NCBI GenBank assembly: GCA_963820525.1
Contig: CAWGAA010000003.1
Coordinates: 608,001 to 672,000 of the forward strand
Reading direction: 5' to 3'
Length of the DNA: 64,000 nt
Origin: an uncultured Spirochaetota bacterium
GTDB taxonomy: Bacteria > Spirochaetota > Spirochaetia > SZUA-6 > Fen-1364
Under the pieces are notes generated by a model that had not been told where the DNA came from, ran no database searches, and was given only the letters and a program-made list of their open reading frames with translations. The number at the start of each line of letters is the position of its first letter. The first letter of the stretch is position 1. Shown here piece by piece: positions 1-8,537 of the stretch. The translations under genes were made by a program, and so were the position numbers.

Positions 1-179
1 CTGGCAAGCGCGTCGGCCGCGGCCGAAAGATCGAGGCTCACCCGCAGGTCCGCTGCGTCCCAGCCGAGGCCGAGCAGGGCCGAGCGAACCGTTTCAGCCT
101 GGATCAGGGTGTCTTTCTCATCCACGGACGCCTCTGATTCGACCGTTCCGTAGAGGATCAGGGCTTTTCCTCTCTTCAT
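1..179 (-). CDS. D-alanine--D-alanine ligase-like ATP-grasp protein, N-terminal part (runs off window)
   Basis: Manual translation from ATG at 179: MKRGKALILYGTVESEASVDEKDTLIQAETVRSALLGLGWDAADLRVSLDL..., resembling the N-terminus of Ddl-like proteins; directly downstream of the KamA-family gene. Confidence 0.6.
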   Translation of the reverse strand, partial: MKRGKALILYGTVESEASVDEKDTLIQAETVRSALLGLGWDAADLRVSLDLSAAADALA

Positions 180-210
180 TATGCGTCTCTCGTGCCTGGT
201 AAAGACAAGA

Positions 211-234
211 GCGCGCCGCGGATCCGCGGCGCGC
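211..234. repeat. Perfect 24-bp palindrome (intergenic stem-loop)
   Basis: GCGCGCCGCGGATCCGCGGCGCGC equals its own reverse complement; lies between the kamA-like stop and the ddl-like start. Confidence 0.85.
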
Positions 235-276
235 CTCAATTCCAGCAAGCGAAGGGCCTGTCTGACCAGCCCTCTA

Positions 277-1632
277 TCAGGCGGATTCCCCGGTTTGGCT
301 TTCGCCGCACGGGGAGGCGGACGCCGCCGGGCACGGCGCGCCGCCTATCGAGTCCGGATAGCGGAAGTACAGGCCTTGATAGTTCCTCAGGATGAGATCG
401 CTCCCGTCCCTTCCCACGACGTATTCGGGAAGGAGGGGGATCTTTCCGCCACCCTGGGGGGCGTCGATCACGTAGCTGGGCACCGCGTATCCCGTGGTGT
501 GGCCACGAAGCCCCTGGATGATCTCCAGGCCCTTGGCCACCGGCGTGCGGAAGTGGGATGAGCCCGTGATGGGATCACACTGGTACAGGTAGTAGGGCTT
601 CACCCGCGCCTTGAGCAGGCCGTGCATGAGGCTTTTCATCGTATCAACGGAGTCGTTGATGCCCGAGAGCAGAACAGTCTGGCTTCCCAGGGGAATGCCC
701 GCGTCCGCCAGCCTGGCGCACGCCTCCTGGGTCTCCGCAGTGAGCTCATCCGGGTGGGTGAAGTGAATGCTCATCCACAGGGGATGGTAGCGCTTCAGCA
801 TCCGGGTGAGGGAGGGGGTGACGCGCTGGGGAAGCACAACGGGGACTTTCGTCCCGATTCTGATCATCTCCACGTGCGGGATTCTGCGCACCCGGCTCAA
901 GAGCCAGTCCAGTTTGTCGTCCGACAGCGTCAGAGGATCTCCCCCGGACAAAAGAACGTCGCGCACCTCGGGGTGAGCCTCGATGTAGGCGATGGCCTGC
1001 TCCCACTGGGCGTGGAAGAAGGGGTTCCTATCCGGGTTTTCCACCATGCGCGAGCGCGTGCAGTACCGGCAGTTCGAGGCGCACGAGTTTGCCACGAGGA
1101 ACAGCACCCTGTCGGGATAGCGGTGAACGAGGCCGGGCACGGGGCTGTCCCTGTCCTCGCCCAGCGGGTCCTCGGCCTCTCCCGGCATGGAGATGAACTC
1201 GTCGGTGACGGGGATCATGGTCCGCCGGATGGGCTGCTCCCGGTTGTCGGGGTCCACGAGGCTGAGGTAGTAGGGCGTGATGACGAAGGGAAACGAGCCC
1301 TTGCGCTTGGCGATTGCCAGCCGCTCGTCCTCGGACAGCCTTACGATCCGCTCCAGCTCGTCGAGCCCGCGAATGCGGTTTCGAAGCTGCCAGCGCCAGT
1401 CGCACCATTCCGCGCTCGTCGTGTACGGAAAATAGCGCGTGCGGAACTCTTCCGCCCCGGCCGAGATTGGAAACTTAAGGGGTTGGCTGGTGGCCCGCTT
1501 TATTGAGCGGGGATAGGAAACGAACGACGGGATTGAGGTCCGCAATCCGGCGAGCTCGCCTTCGAGTTCCCGGACTACGGGCATAGTACCTGGAGGTTCT
1601 GCCTCCTCGGTGCTGAGCACTCTGCTTTCCAT
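277..1632 (-). CDS. kamA: KamA family radical SAM protein (lysine 2,3-aminomutase-like)
   Basis: CASNCRYCTR radical SAM motif, WRWQL, HRYPDRVL, LSGGDPL, YVIDAPQGGGKIP (PLP lysine). Confidence 0.9.
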   Translation of the reverse strand: MESRVLSTEEAEPPGTMPVVRELEGELAGLRTSIPSFVSYPRSIKRATSQPLKFPISAGAEEFRTRYFPYTTSAEWCDWRWQLRNRIRGLDELERIVRLSEDERLAIAKRKGSFPFVITPYYLSLVDPDNREQPIRRTMIPVTDEFISMPGEAEDPLGEDRDSPVPGLVHRYPDRVLFLVANSCASNCRYCTRSRMVENPDRNPFFHAQWEQAIAYIEAHPEVRDVLLSGGDPLTLSDDKLDWLLSRVRRIPHVEMIRIGTKVPVVLPQRVTPSLTRMLKRYHPLWMSIHFTHPDELTAETQEACARLADAGIPLGSQTVLLSGINDSVDTMKSLMHGLLKARVKPYYLYQCDPITGSSHFRTPVAKGLEIIQGLRGHTTGYAVPSYVIDAPQGGGKIPLLPEYVVGRDGSDLILRNYQGLYFRYPDSIGGAPCPAASASPCGESQTGESA

Positions 1633-1829
1633 TTTCTCTTCAGACTCCTTGGTCTATCTCATAAGATCGAAGGGAACAACGTTCCCCACGCTCGGTTCGC
1701 GAGAGCTCTCTAGGTGCTGTCATGCTTTACGTGTTCGACATGCGCCCTTGAGTTCCCCTCCCCTGGGTCGGCCTTTCGGCCACCATGCCCGTCGGCGTCG
1801 TGCGCCCACGAACATGGATCTCGATTCAA

Positions 1830-1858
1830 TCTATACTACACGACAAAGAAGATTGCAA
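1830..1858 (-). promoter_or_regulatory. Putative sigma70 promoter for the kamA-like operon
   Basis: TTGCAA-N17-TATAGA on the minus strand about 200 nt upstream of the start codon. Confidence 0.5.
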
Positions 1859-1993
1859 GGGTTTTCTTCGTCAAAGAAAAAATATTTCTTCGCGTCGGCG
1901 GACGCCGCCGATTCCCGCGGCCGCGCTCACGCATCCCTTCAGGTATCTTATCGGAGAATTCGCGAAAAAGTTCTGCTATACTCTCAGGCGGTC

Positions 1994-3340
1994 ATGCGGC
2001 GCATCATTGTGGTGGGCGGTGGTCCCGCGGGGTTCATGGCGGCGCTCGCGGCCGCCGAACGGGCGCGGGAGGCGGCGGTCGTGGAGGTGATCGAATCGGG
2101 CACGGCGCTCGCCACGCTTCTCAGGACGGGAGGCGGCCGATGCAACCTCACAAACGCAGCTTCAAGCCCCCGGGAGCTGTGCGCCTCCTACCCCCGCGGA
2201 GATAAATTCCTCCTTTCCGTGTTCTCGCGTTTCTCGGCCCTGCAAACAATGGAGTGGTTCCGCTCCCAAGGCTTTCCCCTCGTCGTGGAGAATGAAGGGA
2301 GGGTTTTTCCTGCATCGGGCCGCGCTGCCGACGTTCGGGACCTCCTGCGCTCGCTTGCCGCGCGACATGGCGTGCGGGTGAGGGAAAACACGCCGGTCTT
2401 CCGCGTCGGGAGAGGGGTTTCCGGCTTTGTTGTGGAAACTCCCGCCGGCGCCGAGGCGGCGGACGCCCTCATCATCGCCACCGGCGGAGACAGGCGCCGG
2501 GGTTCCGGGGACGCTCGGCGCCGCAATTCCGCTTTAGGCCGGCGCAAAGGTCCAGGAGATGGCCGGAGCCTGGAGACTGGACGCGGCCGCCCGGGCCGCG
2601 TCCCCGCTTCCGGCTACAGCCTGGCGCGCGGCATGGGGCACGAGGTCACGCCTCTTGCTCCATCGCTTTCCGCGCTGGTGACCGCGGAAAGATGGCCGGC
2701 AAGGCTCGCGGGATTAACCGTAAGCGGCGCCCGCGCCAAAGTGACCTTCCAAGGCGACCTCATAGCCGACGAGCGGGGAGACCTCCTCTTCACCCATCGG
2801 GGGATTTCAGGCCCCCTCGCCTTTCGCGTCTCCTCCCGCGCGGCCTTTCTGCCCTTCTGCCCGGCATCCCCCTTGAGCCTGTCGATCTCTGCGGCCCCGG
2901 ATGAAAATGCTGAGACGGTTGAGGAGGATCTTTTTCGATCTTTCATATCGCACCCCAGGCAGTCGGTGCTTACGGCGCTCCGTGCCCGGCTGCCGCGCTC
3001 GCTGGCCAATGCCGTGCTTTCGCTTGCGGGGATCGACCCCGAGCGCCTCGGCTCCCAGGTGAAGCGGGAGGACCGAAAGAGGCTCTCGCGGCTCGTCTGC
3101 TGTATTCCCCTTTCCATCGTATCGCGGGAGTCCGGAGAAGAGATGGTCACCGCCGGAGGCGTCGATCTGGATCAGGTGGATCCCAAAACCATGGGATCCC
3201 GCCTGGCTCCGGGGCTTTTTTTCTGCGGCGAGGTTCTCAACATCGACGGGTTCACGGGAGGCTTCAACCTCCAGGCCTGCTGGTCTACGGGCTATCTGGC
3301 CGGCAGGGGCGCCGCCGCCTTCGTCACGAGGCACTCGTGA
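1994..3340 (+). CDS. HI0933/YhiN family NAD(P)/FAD-dependent flavoprotein
   Basis: IIVVGGGPAG, TGGGRCNLTN, GRVFP, LFTHRGISGP, VTAGGV, GEVLNIDGFTGGFNLQACWSTG; start placed at MRRIIVVG. Confidence 0.9.
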   Translation: MRRIIVVGGGPAGFMAALAAAERAREAAVVEVIESGTALATLLRTGGGRCNLTNAASSPRELCASYPRGDKFLLSVFSRFSALQTMEWFRSQGFPLVVENEGRVFPASGRAADVRDLLRSLAARHGVRVRENTPVFRVGRGVSGFVVETPAGAEAADALIIATGGDRRRGSGDARRRNSALGRRKGPGDGRSLETGRGRPGRVPASGYSLARGMGHEVTPLAPSLSALVTAERWPARLAGLTVSGARAKVTFQGDLIADERGDLLFTHRGISGPLAFRVSSRAAFLPFCPASPLSLSISAAPDENAETVEEDLFRSFISHPRQSVLTALRARLPRSLANAVLSLAGIDPERLGSQVKREDRKRLSRLVCCIPLSIVSRESGEEMVTAGGVDLDQVDPKTMGSRLAPGLFFCGEVLNIDGFTGGFNLQACWSTGYLAGRGAAAFVTRHS

Positions 3341-3374
3341 CGAAGGCGCCCACTTGAAGTATGTTAGGGGTGGA

Positions 3375-4721
3375 ATGAACTCAAACGGCGTGCAAGGCGG
3401 CCGCGCCATCCTCGTCGGCGTGGAGAAGAAAGGGGCCCACTCTCCGTGGACCGTCCACGATTCGCTCGAGGAGCTGGGCCAGCTTGCCTCCACGGCCGGG
3501 CTCACCGTGGCCGGCGTCTCGTACCAGAAGCTCCTCCACCCCGACCCTTCGACCTATGTCGGCTCAGGCAAGGTCGAAGAGCTCAGGCAGATCGCGGCGG
3601 CTGAAAACGCGGGGTACCTCGTCTTCGACGAGGAGCTCTCCCCCGGACAGCAAAGGAAGCTGGAGAAGAGCCTTGGCGACGGGGTTCGGATCATCGACAG
3701 GACGCGCCTCATCCTCGACATCTTCAGCCGGCACGCACACTCCAAGGAGGGCAAGCTCCAGGTCGAGCTTGCCGAGTACCAGTACCTCCTGCCCCGTCTG
3801 ACGGGCTTGAGAATGGACCTGGAACAGCAGGTGGGAGGCTCCGGAGCCGGCCCCGTAGGCCTTCGTGGACCGGGAGAGACTCAGCTCGAGCTCGACCGCA
3901 GGCAGGTGCGCAGGCGCATCCAGAAGCTCAAGGGAGACCTGGAGGAGGTGCGCACCCACCGGGAAATGCATCGGGCGCAGCGAGCGAGGTCGGGGATCCC
4001 CGTGGTCTCCATCGTGGGCTACACCAATGCGGGCAAAAGCTCGCTGCTCAATGCCCTCACCGGCGCCGGAGTGCTCGTTGAGGACAAGCTGTTCGCCACC
4101 CTGGATCCCACCACCCGCAGGCTCCGCCTTCCCAGCGGCCGGGAAGTTCTGCTCACGGATACGGTCGGCTTCATCCGGAAGCTTCCCCACGACCTGGTGG
4201 CGGCCTTCCGCGCCACCCTGGAGGGGATCGAGGAGGCCGCCTTGATCCTGCACGTTGTGGACGCAAGCCACCCCCGGGCGCTGGACCAGATTTCGGCGGT
4301 GGAATCCACGCTCACGAGCCTCGAGGTGATCAATACAAAGCAGCTGCTCGTGTGGAACAAGATCGACCTGCCGCCGGCGTCCGGCATCGCCCCCGGCTTT
4401 CCGTCGTCGCATCACGAGTGGGTCAAGGTGAGCGCCCTCACGGGAAAGAATCTCGACCTGCTTCTGGAGAAGATCGAGGAGATGCTCCAGGACTCCCTCG
4501 TTTCCCTGGAAGCCGTGATTCCCTATCGCCGCTACGATCTTGTGACGAGCGCCTACGAGCAGGGGACCGTGGAGGAGAGGGAGGAGACGCCCCACGGCGT
4601 GCGCCTTCGCGCCTCGGTGCCGAAGTCACTCGCGGAGCGGATATGGGCGGCCGCGGGCATGGAGGGCAAGGGCCCTCCGGAGGTCAATCCCCGGAAACCG
4701 CGCGGAAGTGGAGTTTCTTGA
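3375..4721 (+). CDS. hflX: GTPase HflX
   Basis: GYTNAGKSS, LFATLDPTTR, DTVGFI, NKID, GPGETQLELDRR. Confidence 0.95.
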   Translation: MNSNGVQGGRAILVGVEKKGAHSPWTVHDSLEELGQLASTAGLTVAGVSYQKLLHPDPSTYVGSGKVEELRQIAAAENAGYLVFDEELSPGQQRKLEKSLGDGVRIIDRTRLILDIFSRHAHSKEGKLQVELAEYQYLLPRLTGLRMDLEQQVGGSGAGPVGLRGPGETQLELDRRQVRRRIQKLKGDLEEVRTHREMHRAQRARSGIPVVSIVGYTNAGKSSLLNALTGAGVLVEDKLFATLDPTTRRLRLPSGREVLLTDTVGFIRKLPHDLVAAFRATLEGIEEAALILHVVDASHPRALDQISAVESTLTSLEVINTKQLLVWNKIDLPPASGIAPGFPSSHHEWVKVSALTGKNLDLLLEKIEEMLQDSLVSLEAVIPYRRYDLVTSAYEQGTVEEREETPHGVRLRASVPKSLAERIWAAAGMEGKGPPEVNPRKPRGSGVS

Positions 4722-6069
4722 GGTGATGCCGCGACCAGAGCCAGGAAGCGGGCAGGATCGCGATGTTGCCCAGGCCCACGGCCGCAAACACCCCGTACAT
4801 CCCCCAGCCGAAGCCTGAGGCAAACAGATAGGCGAGCGGCACGGCAAGCAGCCCGATGCGCATCACGGTGATGACCAGCGCCGGGATGGGAGTACCCGTT
4901 CCCTGGAAGGTTCCGCCGGCGATTATCGCGCTTGCCACGCCGATATACGTGAAGGAGAGAAAGCGCACCTGGGCGGCGCTCCCCCCGATGACGGTTTCAA
5001 CCCCGGAGAAGGCCCGAAAGATGGTGGGCGCGAACAGCGAGTAGAGCGCCGCGATGCCCACGATGACGAGGATGCTGGTGAAGATGTTCGCGTCGTTCAC
5101 CTGCCGGAGCCTCTGAAGGTTCTTCCTGCCGTAGTTCTGGCCGACCATGGTGATGTTCGCGGCGGAGATGGCGAAGAGGGGCACGAGCACGAGCTGGTCC
5201 ACCCTCCCCACCAGAGACCAGGAGTTCATCTCCGCCTCTCCTATCCCGCTCACCAGCTTGTTCAGCAGCATGAAGGAGACGGCCATGGAGAGCATTCCGA
5301 TGGATTGGGGGAATCCGATGCGGACGATCTCGCCCACCAGCCGCCGGCGGGCCTTGAAGATGTTGAGGCTGAACGGGATGGACGAGCGGCCCGTGGGAAA
5401 CACGTACGCCGTGTACAGCGAGGCGATGCCGAGGGAGATGGAGGTGGCCAGGGCGGCACCGGCCACGCCCATGTGGAACGTGAATATGAAAAGAGGATCC
5501 AGGCCGATGTTGGCCACGGTGGAGATGGTCATTCCTATGGCGATGTATTTGGTTCGGCCCTCCCCCTGGAGGATCCCGATGATGACCTCGATGAAAAGCA
5601 TCAGGGCGAGCCCGGGAAGGACGTAGCGGAAGTACTCGATTCCATAGCCGATGGCTTCCGCGCTCATCCCCTTGCCGGCAAGAAGCCCGACGATGTCGTC
5701 TATGTAGATGTATCCCGCCGCCAGGGAGACCACGGAGATGGCGGCGGCGAGCAGGAAGCCGGAGCTCGCGATCCTGCGCAGCGCGGCGTGGTTTCCCTCA
5801 CCGATGCTTCGGGCAACGAGGGTGCTCACGCCCACGGCTAGCCCGGACGCCAGCGCCGTGAAGAGGAAGAACACGGGGAACACGATCCCGGTGCCGCTGA
5901 TCAGGGCGGTGGAGCTCCTGTCGATCAGGGATATGAAGACCGTATCGACGATATTGTAGAGGAAATTGAAGAAGTTCGCCAGCAGGATCGGAAGCCCCAG
6001 CTTTATAGTGACGGGCAGGACCGGCCCCTCGAACATGCCATGAATCTCGTGGATTTTAGCATCCGCCAT
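4684..6069 (-). CDS. MATE family efflux transporter
   Basis: LYNIVDTVFI, NIGLDPLFIF, GVAGAALAT, GQNYG; about 12 hydrophobic segments. Confidence 0.9.
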   Translation of the reverse strand: MADAKIHEIHGMFEGPVLPVTIKLGLPILLANFFNFLYNIVDTVFISLIDRSSTALISGTGIVFPVFFLFTALASGLAVGVSTLVARSIGEGNHAALRRIASSGFLLAAAISVVSLAAGYIYIDDIVGLLAGKGMSAEAIGYGIEYFRYVLPGLALMLFIEVIIGILQGEGRTKYIAIGMTISTVANIGLDPLFIFTFHMGVAGAALATSISLGIASLYTAYVFPTGRSSIPFSLNIFKARRRLVGEIVRIGFPQSIGMLSMAVSFMLLNKLVSGIGEAEMNSWSLVGRVDQLVLVPLFAISAANITMVGQNYGRKNLQRLRQVNDANIFTSILVIVGIAALYSLFAPTIFRAFSGVETVIGGSAAQVRFLSFTYIGVASAIIAGGTFQGTGTPIPALVITVMRIGLLAVPLAYLFASGFGWGMYGVFAAVGLGNIAILPASWLWSRHHLKKLHFRAVSGD

Positions 6070-6126
6070 GGAACGGTGAAGATACGGGTTTCGGCCCGAC
6101 GCTGTCAATCCGTCGGGACCCGCGGA

Positions 6127-7146
6127 TCAACTCCCGGCTGCGTCCTGCTCATGGTTCGCGGTCTGGCGGGCGGCGTTGCGCCTCCCGAATCTGTGGTTTC
6201 TCGCGGCGCAGCTGAACGCCAGGACGTTCTCCCAGGGAGTCTCGGGAAGGATGGTTTCGGAAGGGCAGACGATGCACCGCAGGTCTCCGCCCATCTCATC
6301 CATAAGCCGGGAGGTCTCGCCTCGGACGTTCTCGGCGGGGCTCCGGGAAAGGGTCTCCCGCGCGTCCAGTGTCGCGCACGCCACGATCCTTTCTCCCCAG
6401 CGCTCCTTGACCGAGGACGACTCCCGGCGGCCGGTCCCGAGAGGATGGAAGATCTGAAACCCCAGTTCCACCAGATCCGGCGCGACGACCGCGAGATCTC
6501 CGCAGGTGTGGATGAAGAAAACGGCGCGGGGGTATGCGGCCCGCACCCCGGAGAGAACGGACTTCCATGCCGGCTTGATCAGGGAGCGCCAGAGGGCAGG
6601 CGTGATGGAGGCGCCCTGCGGACCGCCCGCGTCGTCCCAGAAAACCAGGACGTCGATTCCCGCGGCCGCGGATTCCTTTGCGAGCCGGAGCGTGAAGCTC
6701 GCGGCCTTCTCAACAACGGCGGCCGCCATCTCCGGTTTCTCCTCCGCATCGGAGACGAAACGATCGAGCCCCCGCAGGCGCCAGGACCGCTCGAAGATGC
6801 TCCCCGCGGAGCCGACGACGGGGTATCCCCGGTCGTGGTACTCGCGCACGGCCTCATCCACCCCGGCGCGGGAGAGCGCGGCGTCGGGATACTCCTCTAT
6901 CTCCGCCACACTGCGCGCTCCCGCGAGCGGAGCCGTAGGCTCCCCGCCGCCGAAGCTCTCCTTCACCGAGGCGATCCTGAAATCGTAGTCGAAATACTCC
7001 GCGGCGTCTCCACGGCTCGTCTCTTCCTTCAGACGGCTCTGGAGGGCGCCGCAGAGCCCGCTTGACGCTCCGACATCGAGAGTGAACGGGATCCAATGGG
7101 GAGTCTTTCCGGAGATGAGAAGATCGAAGTTCTCGCGGGCCGTCAT
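6127..7146 (-). CDS. Uroporphyrinogen decarboxylase / MtaA-CmuA-like family protein
   Basis: SIFERSWRLRGLD, FWDDAG, FFIHTCG, PETPWENVLA; start at MTARENF. Confidence 0.7.
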   Translation of the reverse strand: MTARENFDLLISGKTPHWIPFTLDVGASSGLCGALQSRLKEETSRGDAAEYFDYDFRIASVKESFGGGEPTAPLAGARSVAEIEEYPDAALSRAGVDEAVREYHDRGYPVVGSAGSIFERSWRLRGLDRFVSDAEEKPEMAAAVVEKAASFTLRLAKESAAAGIDVLVFWDDAGGPQGASITPALWRSLIKPAWKSVLSGVRAAYPRAVFFIHTCGDLAVVAPDLVELGFQIFHPLGTGRRESSSVKERWGERIVACATLDARETLSRSPAENVRGETSRLMDEMGGDLRCIVCPSETILPETPWENVLAFSCAARNHRFGRRNAARQTANHEQDAAGS

Positions 7147-7165
7147 TGAGGCCTCCCGACCTGAA

Positions 7166-7194
7166 ATGCTAGAACCACTTTCGCGTGCTGTCAA
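7166..7194 (-). promoter_or_regulatory. sigma70-type promoter for the UroD-like/MATE genes
   Basis: TTGACA-N17-TAGCAT. Confidence 0.55.
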
Positions 7195-7275
7195 GGAGGG
7201 CACCGGCTCATTGCGCCGCCGGGGCCTCCCTTCTTGACTTTCAGGAGCCGATGTGAAAGAAATTGAAAACCTGTC

Positions 7276-8091
7276 ATGGTTTCCCCTTGCCTGTCCGAAA
7301 AAGCCGCCCGATTGAGAGAGATCCTCCTTTCCCTGAAGAACGTCGCGGTCGCCTGCTCCGGCGGAGTGGACAGCTCGCTCCTTTTGGCCTTTGCGGCCGA
7401 CGCGCTTGGCACGGAAAAGGTCGTTGCCTTCACGGCGCTCTCCGTGCTCATCCCGCGCAGCGAGAAAGGCCAGGCGGCGGAGATCGCGCGCCTTCTCGGC
7501 GTCTCCCACATCGCCGTCGAGTTCTGCCCGCTCAGGGACGAGGCCATCACCGCCAATCGCGCTGAAAGGTGCTACCACTGCAAGCGCGCCGTGTTCACCG
7601 AGCTTTCGCGTAGGGCGGGAGATCACAGCCTGCGCGCTCTGCTCCATGGCGCAAACGTGGACGACCGCGCCGACTTCAGGCCCGGCCAGAAGGCCGCCGA
7701 TGAGCTGGGGGTCCGCGCTCCGCTCCTGGAAGCGGGCCTGTGCAAGGAGGAGATCCGCGCTCTGGCACGGGAGAGGGGGCTTCCCAACTGGGACCAGCCC
7801 GCGATGGCGTGCCTCGCTTCCCGCATCCCCTACGGCACACCCTTGAGCCGCGAGGCCCTGGAGCGGATCGATGACGCCGAGCAGATGCTCCGCGAGCGCT
7901 TCTCCTTCCGGCAGGTGCGGGTTCGGGACCACATGCCCGTGGCGCGCATCGAGGTCGAGCAGGGCGACCTCGCGCGCCTGATCGAGGCCCGCCGCCAGAT
8001 CGTGAGCGGCCTCACCTCCATGGGGTGGCGCTACGTGACCGTCGACCTCACGGGTTTTCGAAGCGGAAGCATGAACGAGGCGCTCCCATGA
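7276..8091 (+). CDS. larE: ATP-dependent sacrificial sulfur transferase LarE
   Basis: PP-loop SGGVDSS, RCYHCK, DFRPG, ACLASRIPYG, VRVRDH, GFRSGSMN. Confidence 0.9.
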   Translation: MVSPCLSEKAARLREILLSLKNVAVACSGGVDSSLLLAFAADALGTEKVVAFTALSVLIPRSEKGQAAEIARLLGVSHIAVEFCPLRDEAITANRAERCYHCKRAVFTELSRRAGDHSLRALLHGANVDDRADFRPGQKAADELGVRAPLLEAGLCKEEIRALARERGLPNWDQPAMACLASRIPYGTPLSREALERIDDAEQMLRERFSFRQVRVRDHMPVARIEVEQGDLARLIEARRQIVSGLTSMGWRYVTVDLTGFRSGSMNEALP

Positions 8092-8537
8092 CGGGCTTCG
8101 CGGTTCCCGACCTCCCCCGCCATGACAGGAAGGGGGTCCGCGAGGTCATTCTTGCGGACGGCAAGAGCGTCGAGCAGAGCCTGGCCATCGCCCGCGAGTT
8201 CGTCACGGAGAGCGGCCGGGCGATCCTCAGCAGGATCGGCAAGGAGCTGGAGGGACGCCTTAAAGGGGAGTTCGCGGGGGGTGCGGAGGTGGACTGGGCG
8301 CCCGCATGCAGGGCGGCCGAGGCAGGGCTCCATAGGCTCGTCGAGCCTCTCACAGCCATGATCGAAGAGCACGACGTCGACGTGCTCATCGTCGCGGCCG
8401 GCATGGACGGGGCGCTTCCCTCCGTGGTGGCGGGCCTGGCTCCCGTTTCCGTCGTGGGGCTCCCCACCTCCGTCGGCTACGTGGCCGACATGATCGCCAA
8501 CCGCGCGGCCGCATTCCGCGAAGCACGGCAGGCATGA
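8088..8537 (+). pseudogene. larB: LarB (nickel-pincer cofactor carboxylase/hydrolase), shortened and probably degenerate
   Basis: Retains EVILADGK, AGLHRL and IVAAGMDGALPSVVAGL...PTSVGY, but is only 149 aa and appears to lack the GTSDxPVAEEA and SC..VVNIDNG segments. Confidence 0.65.

Noticed and set aside
622..1506. Long antisense/alternate-frame ORFs here and throughout (e.g. 6040-7065, 14485-15927, 45040-46239)
   Set aside because: Shadow ORFs expected in high-GC DNA opposite genes with clear family motifs
1610..1993. 128-aa N-terminal extension of the flavoprotein ORF in the ORF track
   Set aside because: Spans the divergent promoter region; the family starts at MRRIIVVGGG (1994)
4684..4721. 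Convergent 3' overlap of hflX and the MATE gene
   Set aside because: Short tail-to-tail overlaps are common
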